A stretch of DNA of 64,000 nt, taken from positions 37,634,001 to 37,698,000 of the forward strand of contig CM069135.1 in assembly GCA_035221665.1 (NCBI GenBank), written 5' to 3'. Position 1 is the stretch's first letter; each line of letters opens with the position of its first letter. This DNA is from Okamejei kenojei. Its lineage: Eukaryota. A program made the position numbers and the translations under genes. Shown in pieces: positions 37,266-51,100 of this stretch. The notes under the pieces are model-generated. The model was not told the origin of the DNA and did not search any database. It worked only from the letters and a program-made list of their open reading frames with translations.

Positions 37266-38819
37266 TCACTTTGTCTCATCCAAGTGAAAGTGAGGTTCAC
37301 ATGCACCTTCACCATATCAAACTTGGTTATTCTTTGGGACCAAAGTAGAAGCATAGACAGAGATGTTCAAATATTCCAGAAAACAGAAGAAAATTACAAT
37401 TCAATTACAATTGCTGGTAGGAACGGGTCAGGTGTAGTACAGTTACAACAGTGTTTCATATCCTAGTTTCATTAGATATTCAAAAGGTGGAAGATTGCCC
37501 CACGATTTATTGTATCCACTTTTGGCTGCAGTGTTGGCCACTAAAATGCAACGATGCACTGCTTCATTCTTAAATTGCATTAATTATAGTTGCAAATGTA
37601 CAATGTCTGTTAAAATCACTTTGAAGACATTTGCAGAGATACAAAGAGAGAAAAGATTTAGAAGGATATGGGCTGAATGCAGGCAAATAGGACCAGCATA
37701 GATGGGCATCTTGGTTGGCATGGACAAGTTGGGATCGAGGGCCTGTTTCTGTGCTATATAACTATTTGTATTTGGGAATCAATGCAACATGGACGTCATA
37801 TTGAGTGGGGGGCTGAACCCCTGAAATTTAGAGTACATTAATGAATGTTTTCAATACTACATGGATAACCTTCAGAATGTAATATTCATCTCCACCAAGG
37901 GCACTTCCCATTGACATTTGTTTCATTACCACTAGAGAGTATCCAGTTATTCTCATCTTTAGGGCATTAGGGTGCATTGGAATGGGAGCCAGAGTTGGAG
38001 ATTGGTCAACATTAATTGAAAAAATTAACTGGATCAGTTCAGTAACGTGAGGTGGCAAATGGCTGCAGAAGGAAGCCAAATGCTGGGAAGAATCCAGCAA
38101 CTCATAATCTGATCCCCCCTCACAATCCTCCATAATCATCTACAAGGCACCATCACAAATCCTACAGAATAAATGCAGCTTCAGCAATGATAAACAATTT
38201 CAACACCATTCACAATCCATTCTACATGATCTTCACCAAAAACAACATAATAAATATTCACGGTTTCCATATCTGGCATATGGTGGTTGTAGTGTGAACC
38301 ATCCACAAAATACATTACAACTATCAATTTATGCAAGATCAGGCACTTTGCATGTGGGAATACCAGAACCTACAAGATGTTGATTAGGAAATTATTTGCC
38401 ATTCCTTCATCATCACTGGATATTGTAATTCCTTACCAGACAAAATCAACGTTCAAGAGGAATATATCACTATCTTCTCTGTTACCTTTTCCCTTCTAGT
38501 GTTTATTAAATTATCTTTTGAATGCTATACTTCATTTTTTTCAATCACCAAAATTGCTTGTCTTCGTAATCTGCCAATAGAAATAGTTTCTCCTTTCTTT
38601 ATTAATACATGATTTTTGACAGTGCAGTATAATCTCATTCGCCAATAAGTATTGGGTCGGATGGTAGTGTTGGTAATTAAGAAACCTTTGTTCCTGTTAA
38701 AATATCAAAAGGTACCATTCAATGTCATGGGCTACATTGAATTTGAAAATGTATTTTATTTTTATTTTCTCTTCACTAATTTCATGTTTTCTGCCCAGGT
38801 ACGCACCACTCACTGAGTG

Positions 38820-39130
38820 ACACAAGGAACTGCAGATGCAAGAATCTTGAGCAAAAACCACAAAGTGCTGGAGTAACTCAGCAGGTCAGACAGCATCTCT
38901 TTTTTTCACCCGCTTCTCTTCCCTGTGCACCATCTGGATGCACATCCATTTTTCCCACTATCTTGCCCCCATTACCCCTCCTCCTTCCTGCCCCGTTCCC
39001 TTCGCCTACATCTTTGCCTCTGCCTCTTCTCCTCTTATCGCACAGACATTTGCGTCCATCCCATTTCTCTACCTGTTCTCCACAGATACTGCCTGACCCT
39101 CTGAATTACTCCAGCACTTAGATGTTTTTA
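38820..39130. repeat. Penelope-derived inverted-repeat element (relatives at ~21570-21800, 24905-25005, 26750-26840, 51650-51835)
   Basis: aaagtgctggagtaactcagcaggtcagacagcatct versus its reverse complement near 39085-39120. Confidence 0.6.
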
Positions 39131-39437
39131 CTCACTGAGTAATCATTTGCGTGTTTTCTTTGGCAGTGAGCCATTGGATTTTTCATCAGGGGCATCGCTT
39201 CTGGGATCTGTGTTTGGCTGTGCTTTAGGAATGAACACATAATTTTCTTTTCTCCTGAAGCTCCAATGACCTCTTGATGAAGTGTTGCATATTGTACAAT
39301 AATGCATTATAATTAATGCATATCCAGCATCTGAAGCGAGAAATGGTGGAAACATAGCAGATACTGCAAATGAAGCAGCCAGTATCCTCATGCAGCAAGA
39401 CAACATGCAGACATGGGCTGATGAGTAGCAAGTAACA

Positions 39438-41281
39438 TAGCAAGCTATGAGGGCTGATTCCATGGCTAAGAAGCTTCTAAGTAACAATGCTACATATTTT
39501 TGGAAGGAAGTGAGAGCTCTTAGCAGTTGCAAAACATCTCTACCATGTATTGTAGATGGAATCTCCGGAACGGCTAAAATCGCGGAGTTACGGTGACAAC
39601 ATTATAGCACTTTATTCAACTGTGTCCAAGGTGACTTGTATAGGGTGGACAATATTGAGAGTAATGACTCGATGGTGATTATGTCACATGAAGTGTATCA
39701 TGCCATGAACAAGCTGTCCAACAACAAAGCAAGTGGCTTGAATCATATCTCTGCTGAACATCTTAAGTATGCGAGTATGAGGATAGCTCCTCTCCTAGCT
39801 ATTTGTTTTACTGGCTTTATGATTCATGGCATGTTTCCAGACTCAATGTTGTCTGTCCTGTTAGTGCCGGTTATTAAGGACAAAGCGGGTAAAGTAGGCA
39901 GTCTAAATAATTACAGGCCCATAGCTTTAGCCAGCATATTGTCAAAAGTCTTAGAAAGAGTTCTGCTGGATAGAATACATGAGTTTGTTAACTCCACAGA
40001 TAACCAGTTTGGCTTTAAAGCTAAACATGGCACTGACTTATGCATATATGCCCTAAAGCAGATTGTAAACACATATAGAAGCAAAAACTCTTCAATCCTT
40101 ATGTGCTTTATTGATGCTTCCAAAGCCTTTGACCGTGTTAATCACAGAAAGCTGTTTGGTAAAATGCGTCAAAGAGGGGTGCCTAAATACATTGTGAGAA
40201 TACTGGCCTACTGGTATGCCCATCAGACTATGCAAATAGTCTGCCTAGTATTGCTCCAAATGGGGCAATAGGGTCTCAGCCCCATTTGGGGTTAGCAATG
40301 GAGTTAGACAAGGGGGGATTTTGTCCCCAGTCCTTTTTAATCTATATATTGATGATCTGTCTAAACAATTGAAAGCCTGTAACACTGGGTGCATGATTGG
40401 TAATATTTTAGTGAACCATATTATGTATGCAGATGATCTTGTGGTCTTTAGTCCATCTAGCGCTGGTCTCCAGCAGCTCCTTACTGCATGTTCCGTGTAT
40501 GGTTTGGAATATGACATTAAATATAATGCTAGTAAAAGTGCTGTTATGGTCTGTAGAACCAAAGAGGATAAAAGCCTAAAATATCCTGATTTTAAATTGT
40601 CTGACAACAATCTTAGTGTCTGTAATAAGATAAAATATCTAGGGCATATTATTACAGAACAAATGACAGATGATGAGGATATTTATAGGCAACGACGCAT
40701 GTTGTATATACAGGCGAATATCCTCTTGCGTAAATTTGGTGCGTGTGCAGATGTGGTGAAGATGTCACTATTTAGAGCATACTACACACCCCTCTACACT
40801 GCGCACCTGTGGTCGAACTATTTAAAGACAAGTATGCAGAGACTAAAGGTTGTAAATAACGATGTCATGAGATCACTGCTAAGGCAACCAAGATGGTGTA
40901 GTGTCAGTAATATGTTTGTGGCTGCAGGAGTCAGTACTTTAGAAGCTATCCTAAGACACCACATGTATAAATTCATTTGCAGGATAAATGACTCTAAACA
41001 TGTGCTTATTGTGGCCTTGACAAACATAAGGGTTAGCACTACATGCTACGAATCCCAGTTGTGGAGACACTGGTATCGTTGTCTCGTTGCACGACATTGA
41101 TCATTTTTTACTCTGGATTTTTAACTTAAGTATTGTGGGTTTTTTTAAAAATATATAAATTTTATGTGATTTACCATGATTTTATATATATTTATGATAT
41201 TTGATATGCAATGCATTTTTTAATGTAATGTTGCCCCTTTTCTGGACCTTGAGTCCGTAATAAAGTTATTATTATTATTAT
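39438..41281 (+). mobile_element. RTE-X-like LINE, 5'-truncated
   Basis: NYRPIALAS, QFGFK, FIDASKAFDRV, GVRQGGILSP, MYADD; (TTA)n tail; possible TSD TAACA. Clade assignment tentative. Confidence 0.8.
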
Positions 41282-41954
41282 TAACAGGAAAAGCCAGTCA
41301 ATGACCATTTTGAACTAGAGACAGTCTAACCACCTACCTTTGACTTGCAATGGCACTTTCTACACTAAGTGCCCCACCACAAACTCTGCTGTACCATGGT
41401 TACAAGCACAGGCCAAAGGCTGGTTATGCAGAGGCGGGTGATTCACTTCCTGACAACCAAGACCATTCTACCATCTCCACGACACAAGTCTGGGCCGTGA
41501 TGAAAACCCCCCAACTTGCCTGGATAAATGCAGCTCTACCTAATATCAAGAAACCTGACATCATTCAGGACATATCAGCCTGCTTGATTAGTGCCCGATC
41601 CATCTCCCTAAACATGTATTCTCTCGTCTATTTACATGTAGCTAATAAATATTTATTGGGGTGATTTTTAACTTTAAAATGCACTCCAGTTACTCATCCC
41701 AGCTAATACGAGAGCTCCTGCTAAATCGCCAAGCTAATCACCAGCGGTAACAAAGACCGTAGGTACATTGGAACACCCATACCCGCAGGATTTCTCCAAT
41801 TCACCCACAATTCTGACTTGAACGTCCTTCATCATTGCTGGCTCTGAATCCTGGAATTTCCCACAACAGCACCATGGAAACACCTTCAGCAAAAGAAATT
41901 CAAGAAGGCAGCTTGCCACCATCAGGAGGAGCAACAAAAGCTGGATAATACATA

Positions 41955-44900
41955 AAGGCACATAGCAAGGAAATGGGCCATATGGCCCAACTCATCAATG
42001 CTGCCTAAAATGCTTCATTTAAGCTCATCCCATTTGCCAGCATCTGACCGATATCCCTCTAAACTTTGTCTATCAATGTACCTGTCCAAACATCTTTTAA
42101 ATATTGTTATTTTACCTTGGCAGCTCATTTCATCTTCCCTATAGCAAGGCAACTAAACTTAAACATCCCTGACCGATGAAGCCCAGTAAGTCAAAAGCCT
42201 CCTTATCTATCTATGGCATCACTTGCAGGGAACCATTAGTTTAGCTTGGTTTAGTTTAGTTTATTGGTACGCGTACTGAGGTACAGTGAAAAGCTTTTGT
42301 TGTGTGCTATCCAATCTTCAGAAAGACAATACATAGAAACATAGAAACATAGAAATTAGGTGCAGGAGTAGGCCATTCAGCCCTTCGAGCCTGCACCGCC
42401 ATTCAATATGATCATGGCTGATCATCCAACTCAGTATCCTGTACCTGCCTTCTCTCCATACCCTCTAATCCCCTTAGCCACAAGGGTCACATCCAACTCA
42501 CTCTTAAATATAGCCAATGAACTGGCCTCAACTACCCTCTGTGGCAGAGAGTTCCAGAGACTCACCACTCTCTGTGTGAAGAAAGTCTTTCTCATCTCGG
42601 TCTTAAAGGATTTCCCCCTTATCCTTAAGCTGTGACCCCTTGTCCTGGACTTCCCCAACATCGGGAACAATCTTCCTGCATCTAGCCTGTCCAACCCCTT
42701 AAGAATTTTGGAAGTTTCTATAAGATCCCCTCTTAATCTCCTAAATTCCAGAGAGTATAAACCGAGTCTATCCAGTCTTTCTTCATAAGACAGTCCTGAC
42801 ATCCCAGGAATCAGTCTGGTGAACCTTCTCTGCACTCCCTCTATGGCAATAATGTCCTTCCTCAGATTTGGAGACCAAAACTGCACGCAATACTCCAGGT
42901 GTGGTCTCACCAAGACCCTGTACAACTGAAGTAGAACCTCCCTGCTCCTGTACTCAAATCCTTTTGCTATGAAAGCTAACATACCATTCGCTTTTTTCAC
43001 TGCCTGCTGCACCTGCATGCCTACTTTCAATGACTGGTTTACCATGACACCCAGGTCTCGCTGCATCTCCCCTTTTCCCAATCGGCCACCATTTAAATAA
43101 TAGTCCGCTTTCCTGTTTTTGCCACCAAAGTGGATAACCTCACATTTATCCACATTATACTGCATCTGCCAAACATTTGCCCACTCACCCAGCCTATCAA
43201 GTCACCCTGCAGTCTCCTAGCATCCTCCTCACAGCGAACACTGCCCCCCAGCTTAGTGTCATCCGCAAAATTGGAGATATTGCCTTCAATTCCCTCATCC
43301 AGATCATTAATATATATTGTAAATAGCTGGGGTCCCAGCACTGAGCCCTGCGGTACCCCACTAGTTACTGCCTGCCATTGTGAAAAGGACCCGTTTACCT
43401 CCTACTCTTTGCTTCCTGTTTGCCAGCCAGTTCTCTATCCACATCAATACTGAACCCCTAATACCGTATGCTTTAAGTTTGTATACTAATCTCTTATGTG
43501 GGACCTTGTCGAAAGCCTTCTGGAAGTCCAGATATACCACATCCACTGGTTCTCCCTTATCCACGCTAATAGTTACATCCTCGAAAAATTCCACAAGATT
43601 CGTCAGACATGATTTACCTTTTGTAAATCCATGCTGACTTTGTCCAATGATTTCACCACTTTCCAAATGTGCTGCTATCCCATCTTTAATAACTGACTCT
43701 AGCAGTTTCCCCACTACCGATGTTAGACTAACTGGTCTGTAATTCCCCGTTTTCTCTCTCCCTCCCTTCTTAAAAAGAGGGGTTACATTTGCTACCCGCC
43801 AATCCTCAGGAACTACTCCAGAATCTAAAGAGTTTTGAAAGATTATCACTAATGCATCCACTATTTCCTGAGCTACTTCCTTAAGTACTCTGGGATGCAG
43901 CCTATCTGGCCCTGGGGATTTTATCGGCCTTTAATCTATTCAATTTACCCAACACCACTTCCCGACTGACCTGGATTTCACTCAATTCCTCCTTTGACCC
44001 ACAGTCCCCTGCTATTTCAGGCAGATTATTTATGTCTTCCTTAGTGAAGACGGAACCAAAGTAGTTATTCAATTGGTCCGCCATATCCTTGTTCCCCATG
44101 ATCAACTCACCTGTTTCTGACTGCAAGGGACCTACATTTGTTTTAACTAACCTCTTTCTCTTCACATATCTATAAAAACTTTTGCAGTCAGTTTTTATGT
44201 TCCCTGCCAGTTTTCTTTCATAATCTATTTTTCCTTTCCTAATTAAGCCCTTTGTCCTCCTCTGCTGGTCTCTGAATTTCTCCCAGTCCTCTGGTATGCT
44301 GCTTTTTCTGGCTACTTTGTACGCATCATCCTTTGCTTTGATACTATCCCTGATTTCCCTTGTTATCCACGGATGCACTACCTTCCCCGATTTATTCTTT
44401 TGCCAAACTGGGATGAACAATTTTTGTAGTTCATCCATGCAGTCTTTAAATGTCTTCCATTGTATATCCACCGTCAACCCTTTTAGAATTAATTGCCAGT
44501 CAATCTTGGCCAATTCACGTCTCATACCCTCAAAGTTACCTTTCTTTAAGTTCAGAACCATTGTTTTCTGAATTAACAATGTCACTCTCCATCCTAATGA
44601 AGAACTCAACCATATTATGGTCACTCTTGCCCAAGGGGGCACGTACAACAAGACGGCTAATTACCCCTTCCTCATTACTCAAACCCAGTCTAAAATAGCC
44701 TGCTCTCTCGTTGGTTCCTCTACATGTTGATTTAGATAACTATCCCCGCATACATTCCAAAAAAACCTCTTCCTCAGCACCCCTGCCAATTTGATTAACC
44801 CAATCTATATGTAGATTGAAGTCACCCATTATAACTGTTTTGCCTTTGTCGCACGCATTTCTAATTTCCCGTTTGATACCATCCCCAATTCTCTGCTACT

Positions 44901-46285
44901 GTTAGGTGGCCTGTACACAACACCCACCAGCGTTTTCTGCCCCTTAGTGTTTTGTAGCTCTACCCATACCGATTCCACATCCTCCAAGCTAATGTCTTCC
45001 TTTCCATTGCTTTAATCTCCTCTCTAACCAGCAACGCTACCCCCACCTCCTTTTCCTTTCTCTCTATCCCTCCTGAATATTGAATATCCCTGGATGTTCA
45101 GCTCCCAGCCTACGTCACCCCTGGAGCCATGTCTCCGTGATCCCAACTATATCATAATCATTAATATCTATCTGCACGTTCAACTCGTCCACCTTATTAC
45201 GAATACTCCTTGCATTGAGACACAAAGCCTTCAGGCTTGTCTTTACAACGCATTTACCCCTTATACAATTTTGCTGAAAAGTGGCCCTTTTTGATTTTTG
45301 CCCTGGTTTTGTCCTGCCTGCCACTTTTTACCTTTCACCTTTGCTACCTAATGCTTCTACCCTCATTTTACACCCTCCTGCCTCTCTGCTCTTGTACCCA
45401 TCCCCCTGCCACATTAGTTTAAATCCTCCCCGACAGCACTAGCAAACACTCCCCCAAGAACATTGGTTCCATTCCATTCCAGGTGCAAACCGTCCTGTTT
45501 GTACCGGTCCCACCTCCCCCAGAACTGGTCCCAGTGCCCTAAAAATTTGAATCCCTCCCCCTTGCACCACTTTTCAAGCCACGTATTCATTTGCATTATC
45601 CTCCTAATTACATAATTACAATCGAGCCATTTACAGTGGATAGATACATGATAACGGAATAACGTTTAGTGCAAGGTAAAGCCAGCAAAGATCAAGGATA
45701 GTCTGAGGGTCACCAGGGAGATAGATAGTAGTTCAGTACTGCTCTTGTGTACTAGTACATCTGGATTCCTCTGCTCTATACTATTCCCGAGGCCCCTACT
45801 ATTCACTTTGAAGGTCCTGCCCTGGTTCGACTTCCAAAATGCAACACCTCACATTTATCTGAATTAAACTTGGTCCACTTCATTGTCTACACCTCCAGCT
45901 ATGTAATGCCTTCTGCAAACTTAACAATCATGCCTTGTACATTCTCTTCAGAATTGAACATTCTCATCCAAATTGTTGATGTAGATGACCCATGGACTCA
46001 GCAATGGACCCAGCACCAATCCCTGCGGCACAGCACTAGGCACAGGAACAGACATTCAACCCAAAAATCAACCTTCCACTACCACTCTCTGTTGTCTATC
46101 CTCTCTCCCTCGATCACCTGGGATCTAACCTTCCAGAGCAACCACTATTCTGAACCATATCAAAGGCCTTGCTGAAGTCCAGACAGACAGACTGTGTTTA
46201 GGAGCCGGGCCTCTCCCTGGTTACTTAAAACAAACCTCAAAACAAATTCATGAGATACAATCTCCCAAGCACAAAATGTTGTTTG
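41955..46285 (-). mobile_element. Three-level nest: old CR1 > Rex1-family tail (42236-42335 + 45609-45745) > young CR1
   Basis: Each host sequence resumes after its guest insertion. Confidence 0.75.
42336..45608 (-). mobile_element. Young 3.3-kb CR1 LINE: ORF1 C-terminus (esterase-like DGLHL) plus whole ORF2 with single-base frameshifts
   Basis: ORFs 45414-45596, 45115-45324 (LNARS, GITETWL), 43902-44651, 43361-43861, 43093-43341 (FADD) and 42431-43165; TSD TACATA; (CATAGAAA)n tail. Confidence 0.95.
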
Positions 46286-46289
46286 CCAG

Positions 46290-46650
46290 TCATGCCCTGA
46301 GTATGCCCCCCTCGGTCATGACTGACCATAGGTGATGCATTCTAGTTTGCCTGGGCAATATCATATGACTGTTGCCCATGCAGCACGTCAGCCCTCTCCA
46401 TGTCACTGATCGATCCAAAGGAACAGCAGGGCCGCTACAGTTTGGCACCAGCACCGTCGCAGGAGCTGCCAGAGCGAGGTTGTAAACAACGACGAACTGC
46501 CTTAGGGGCTCCGACTGGATTTTCTTGAGGTTTACTCCAGGAGCCTTTTCCATGACTGGATATGGCCACAAGGCAGTGAAGGTTTTAAATCAGAGTTTTT
46601 CCTCTCCTAGATGGACTGCCTTCCGGGCTGACGGGCCCCATCTGTCCGAG
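46290..46650 (-). mobile_element. Short RTE-derived non-autonomous element (5' UTR joined to 3' end)
   Basis: Minus strand has agatggggcccgtcagcccggaaggcagtccatctaggagaggaaaaactctgatttaaaacc (RTE 5' UTR-like motif) and ends atggtcagtcatgaccgagggggg. Confidence 0.55.
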
Positions 46651-47489
46651 ACTCATGGGGGCAGGAGCGTCTACCTTCCTGTGCAGCTCTATGGCACCTG
46701 CCCACTGTTACCAGATCATGCTCATGACCACCGCTCATGCCCAGATCCTAGAAATGATTAAATTTAATATTATGAATATTAAATTTCTAGCCCTGGATGC
46801 AAAGCCTTTGTGGAGCACAGTTAGGATGCTTTCCCTCCCCACTTGGTCTATTCAAAATGTTGGATTTAAATTGATTTAGAATCTTTCTTCAACAGACTTT
46901 TGGATTGTAAAGAAGCAATTGAGGTCAAAGTGGAAACTACACACTCTTTCCCAGTTGGGGTGGAATGAGGCTACGGAGCAGGGTGGAGGGTAGTTTGTGA
47001 AGACATTAGGATCACTTAATCTCACTCTTAATTTATGAAGTGGGGGAACATTTGCTGGAGATTACTCAGCATTTGCCCAATTTTTATGTTGTGAGTTAGG
47101 TAACGGTTCCCGCTCCTCAAATATGTCATTCTTTCCAATTTGTTTCAACCCTTTTTTAAAAAGCTGAGAAGAGTTGAAAAGAATGAGGGACAAATAAAAA
47201 TGTAAGATATGATTAGATAGGTCATTGATGGTCAGTGCTCAGTATGAGTCAAAACGGGCTTTATGCATGATGAATCTCCCTCTCGCACTTTAGGGCTAGG
47301 TTTATTATGTCACACCTACCAGGGTACACTGAAAATAATTATTTTGCGTGATGTCCAAACAGATCAGATTATCCATATATAACTACAATCAAGTACAATA
47401 CATAGAGCAAAGTGGAAGGTACAGAATATCGTTCTCAGCATTCCTGTCCCGTTGAGTTACTCCAGTTGTTTAGTGTCTTGTCCTGGAAG

Positions 47490-48160
47490 TGGGACAGGCG
47501 GCGGCGCACTGATCGACCCCTCCTTCCCCTCACGTCATGGCCGGGGCGCTGTGAGCGCGCGCGCGCGCGGTTAGCCGGTGCGTGAGCGCGAGCGCGAGCG
47601 CGCGCGGGGCTGGTGCCGGACTTCGGTTGGCGATCGCCGCCGCGCGCACGGAGCTCCGATGTGAAAGGAGCCGTCGCTGGCGCGAGCGGAGTGAGTGAAG
47701 GAGCGAGCGAGCGCGAGGAAATCGGAGCTCGTTCCCTGCGGGCTGGGAGGCAAACAAGGAGAAAGGAGCTGCCATGCCGGACCAGATCACAGTGTCGGAA
47801 TTCGTGGCGGAGACGAATGAGGATTACAAATCGCCGACCGCTTCCAGCTTCACCACCAAGATGAGCCAGTGCAGGAACACGGTGGCTGCCTTGGAGGAGG
47901 TAAGGTGCAGCAGCACTCCCCAGCGACCCCCTCCCCGGCAAACTTCTTCTCCCAGGGGTTTTTTGTTTTTTTTTATTTTCGTCGTCCGCCACTGATCGAC
48001 AATACTTTCCGCTTGGCCGCGAGAGTCTGATCCCGTTCACCGCCGGCTCCGCTCGCCTCGCCTCGCCTGGTATCCCTCCTGCTCCCCTGCCGAGCCGTCT
48101 GGGCGGAGAGTCGGTCCCCGGAGCTCCGGGTCTGGCCCAAGGCAGGGTGGTGAGCCGGAC
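47490..48160 (+). promoter_or_regulatory. CpG-island promoter / 5' UTR of the ASAP gene
   Basis: Abrupt GC- and CpG-rich island in AT-rich surroundings; (GC)n runs; TCACGTCA at 47530-47537; Kozak GCTGCCATG. Confidence 0.88.
47774..47899 (+). CDS. ASAP2: First coding exon (42 codons) of ArfGAP with SH3, ankyrin repeat and PH domain 2; no downstream exon recognised in the window
   Basis: MPDQITVSEFVAETNEDYKSPTASSFTTKMSQCRNTVAALEE closely matches the recalled ASAP2 N-terminus (MPDQISVSEFVAETHEDYKAPTASSFTTRTAQCRNTVAAIEE), better than ASAP1 or ASAP3. Phase-0 donor GAG|GTAAGG at 47899/47900. Confidence 0.9.
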
Positions 48161-51100
48161 ACAAACCATGTTAGTCTCGGAAACCTGAGTGGAGGACAAA
48201 GTACAAGAGTCTTTCCCAGGGCGACGTGATGGTCCCCTGTGTTAAAAAGGACAACAATGTATTTTTTCAAGGGGCACACGACAAGTGGAAGCCTGCACCC
48301 CTTCGTACTCTGTATTTACAATTACTTAAGTGGAATTTTTTTTTCTGTCCTTCATTGGAGACGATGCTCAATATATTCAGTTTATTTTATTTGCCAGTGT
48401 AAAGAATGTTTCTTAATTTGACAGCGATTCATGAGGTTTAATGAATCCGTGAATGTTTTCCTTTAGATATGTGTTCCAATTCATTCTTGAGCTGGATTGT
48501 TTTTAGGGGAGAGTCAGTTCAGGCTTGAACCGACAGGATAATGGGTGATTAAATAAACTTACTTCGCGTGTGCGGTATTCTCAATGAAAGAGAAACTCTC
48601 CCAAAGTGCATTGTTTACAGGTTTAAGGATCGAAAAGACTCCACCTCGAGAATTTTTTTTCTTCGGATTGGGTATTTTCCTTTGGTGGCCTTAGGCGACT
48701 AGTTGTATCATTGTGTTTTATTAAAGGGGAATAATTCCCGACTGCACCACAGAAAACATGACTGGAGAAAAATGATACTTTGTTCGGGGGGAAAAGATCT
48801 AAAACATGAAACCAGTGCATAATGAACACGTGGAAAAATAAGTTTACTTTTATACCTATATGTCTCATCCTAAACTCGGCGTGTTCAATAATGTTTCGCT
48901 TTATATTCACAAAATTTGGTTGGCAGCGAATTTGACAAAAAAAAACCAAGTCGTGTCTTGTAAAATTTCCCAGTTATGAAGAAAGACCATTGACCTCAAA
49001 CGTAACAGTGTTTCTTTTTCTACAGGTGTTGCCCTTCCAACATTTTCTGGGTTTTTTTTGTATTTGAATTAGGGGAACCACTTTTCCCAACAGTTCCGAT
49101 TAACCATTAAGTGACTTTTTAAAATAAATATTACACAAATAGCAATGCAAACAATTGTAGAAATTTAGTACACAATTGTAAATCTGCTAACAAAAGATGT
49201 GAAAAGAAAGTGAGACTGCTCATGTTATTCCATTGGTCTTGATGTACTCCATTCTTGCAGTCAAAGACATTGATAAAATGGGGAAGCATGTTTTTTTTAA
49301 GAGGACAATAAAGTTTACAAATAATTTTTAAATAACAATTGAATTTCAGTGCAAAATTGAATTTCAGTGACCGATGTTTTTGTTTAGTGTTGATAATAAA
49401 GTTGTTTCAAGTATCACATTTGCTTATGTCAAAGGAAAAAAAATCTGCGGAGGTACAGAATTTGAAATAAAAAGAGACAAGGTGCATTTTTTGACATATG
49501 ATACATTCTTGAATAATTTTTCATGTGAATACCAGTCATTTGATTTTTGCTTGTGTACAAGGATTGTACTTGGTTTGACTGCATCTTGAATTATACTTCC
49601 TTCTAAGGAAGATAGATTAATTAACATTTGGGTTACTATTTCATTTATTGAATCTAGGCTACCCCATTCCCCTTTTCATTTGAACTGCAAGTAATGAGCT
49701 TCACTCATTGTGCTGCCTCATTTAGTTTATATTCTTGGATTTATTCAGTAGTATACCGGAAATATGTGTCAGGAAAGGAACTTGATAACATACTTATTTG
49801 ACAGCCATTAGTTTTCTGTGCACGACTTTGCAATTATTCTTAGCAAAGTTGCAACTTGCTTCTGTGCTTATTTTCTAAATGTTATCTGGAAAATGACATT
49901 GATGAGCAAGGACAGTAGCTAAAATAGCTCACAAAGAAAGACTTATCTGTTGAAATTCAACAGAAGCATGTATTATTGAGAGTAAGGTGATGTGACGTAT
50001 TGATCACGTCATCATTCATAATTATGATGCACTGGAGATGTGTTGCTATTTAATTTATTAGACAAAAATAGCAAAATAGAAAATATATTTTATTCATTTC
50101 TCCACATAAAATACTTATTGGGGAAAAATTAAGTAATCTATTATATGGTCATCTTGAATACCACAGGGATTTCTTTCCAGTATACATGTTATGTCTTTTA
50201 CTTCACAGAATATTGGGAATCCTTTGTTCAGTGTGTTACTTATTGGTACAGAAAATTACCTCGTCTGGTATGGCCAGGATATAATATTGCAATATAAATA
50301 AGTGATCTTGGATGCGTGATTCATATCATTGCCTGTTTCTATAGTATGCAACAGATATTGATGGTGTTGTTCAGTGGGATATTTTCTAGTAGGCATCCAT
50401 TCTGGCCAAATGTGATCTATCATCTCATTGTTTGGAAAATTTGTGGAACATTAGCAAGCCGGAGAGATTTGTATTGCAACAGCATATTTATTGATTTTGG
50501 AATATATACATGCTAGAATGTAGTTCAATAGATAAATGTATTAAAGTGAATGAGGTGGAACATTGGTGAGCTCTGAGTTCTGTTTGGTTGCTGGCATCAC
50601 GCAAACAAAGGATGAACTTTGACCAGACATGTAGAATTCATATCCTACAAACTGGAAACTGTAAGATTGCAGTGTATTTGCAGACACATTTTTAAAACAA
50701 CATTAGCTAGTGGAGGTCAATTTATGAAATAGAGTAATTGGATGTCATTATATTGCACCTTTACTAGGTGGAACAAATAGCTAACTAATTAGTACTCCTT
50801 GGCCTGGATTTGATTTGCATTGTAGAAGAAATACAGTAATTAAAATTGATCTTTATAAAATCAGTACTTGGACTTGCCTCCTATTGCGCTGCAGTTATTT
50901 TTGTTGTATTTTGGAAGGAATTTCTGGGCACAATGTTTTTATTGTGTTTGAGATATGGTAAACTACTTGCATATTTTATAACACATTAACAATTTATCTG
51001 CCTTTATCTTAATTTGTAGTTTTAATTTTATGCTGATAATTTCTCATTCATTTGCAACCTTCAACACCTTACTACTATTGGCATGCCTTATAACACTGAG

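Noticed and set aside
47900-47995. ORF continuing past the ASAP2 exon (VRCSSTPQ..)
   Set aside because: Read-through into the intron after a canonical GTAAGG donor; similarity to ASAP ends at EE.
47435-48199. 254-aa minus-strand ORF over the CpG island
   Set aside because: Low-complexity Arg/Ala/Pro product expected from GC-rich DNA.
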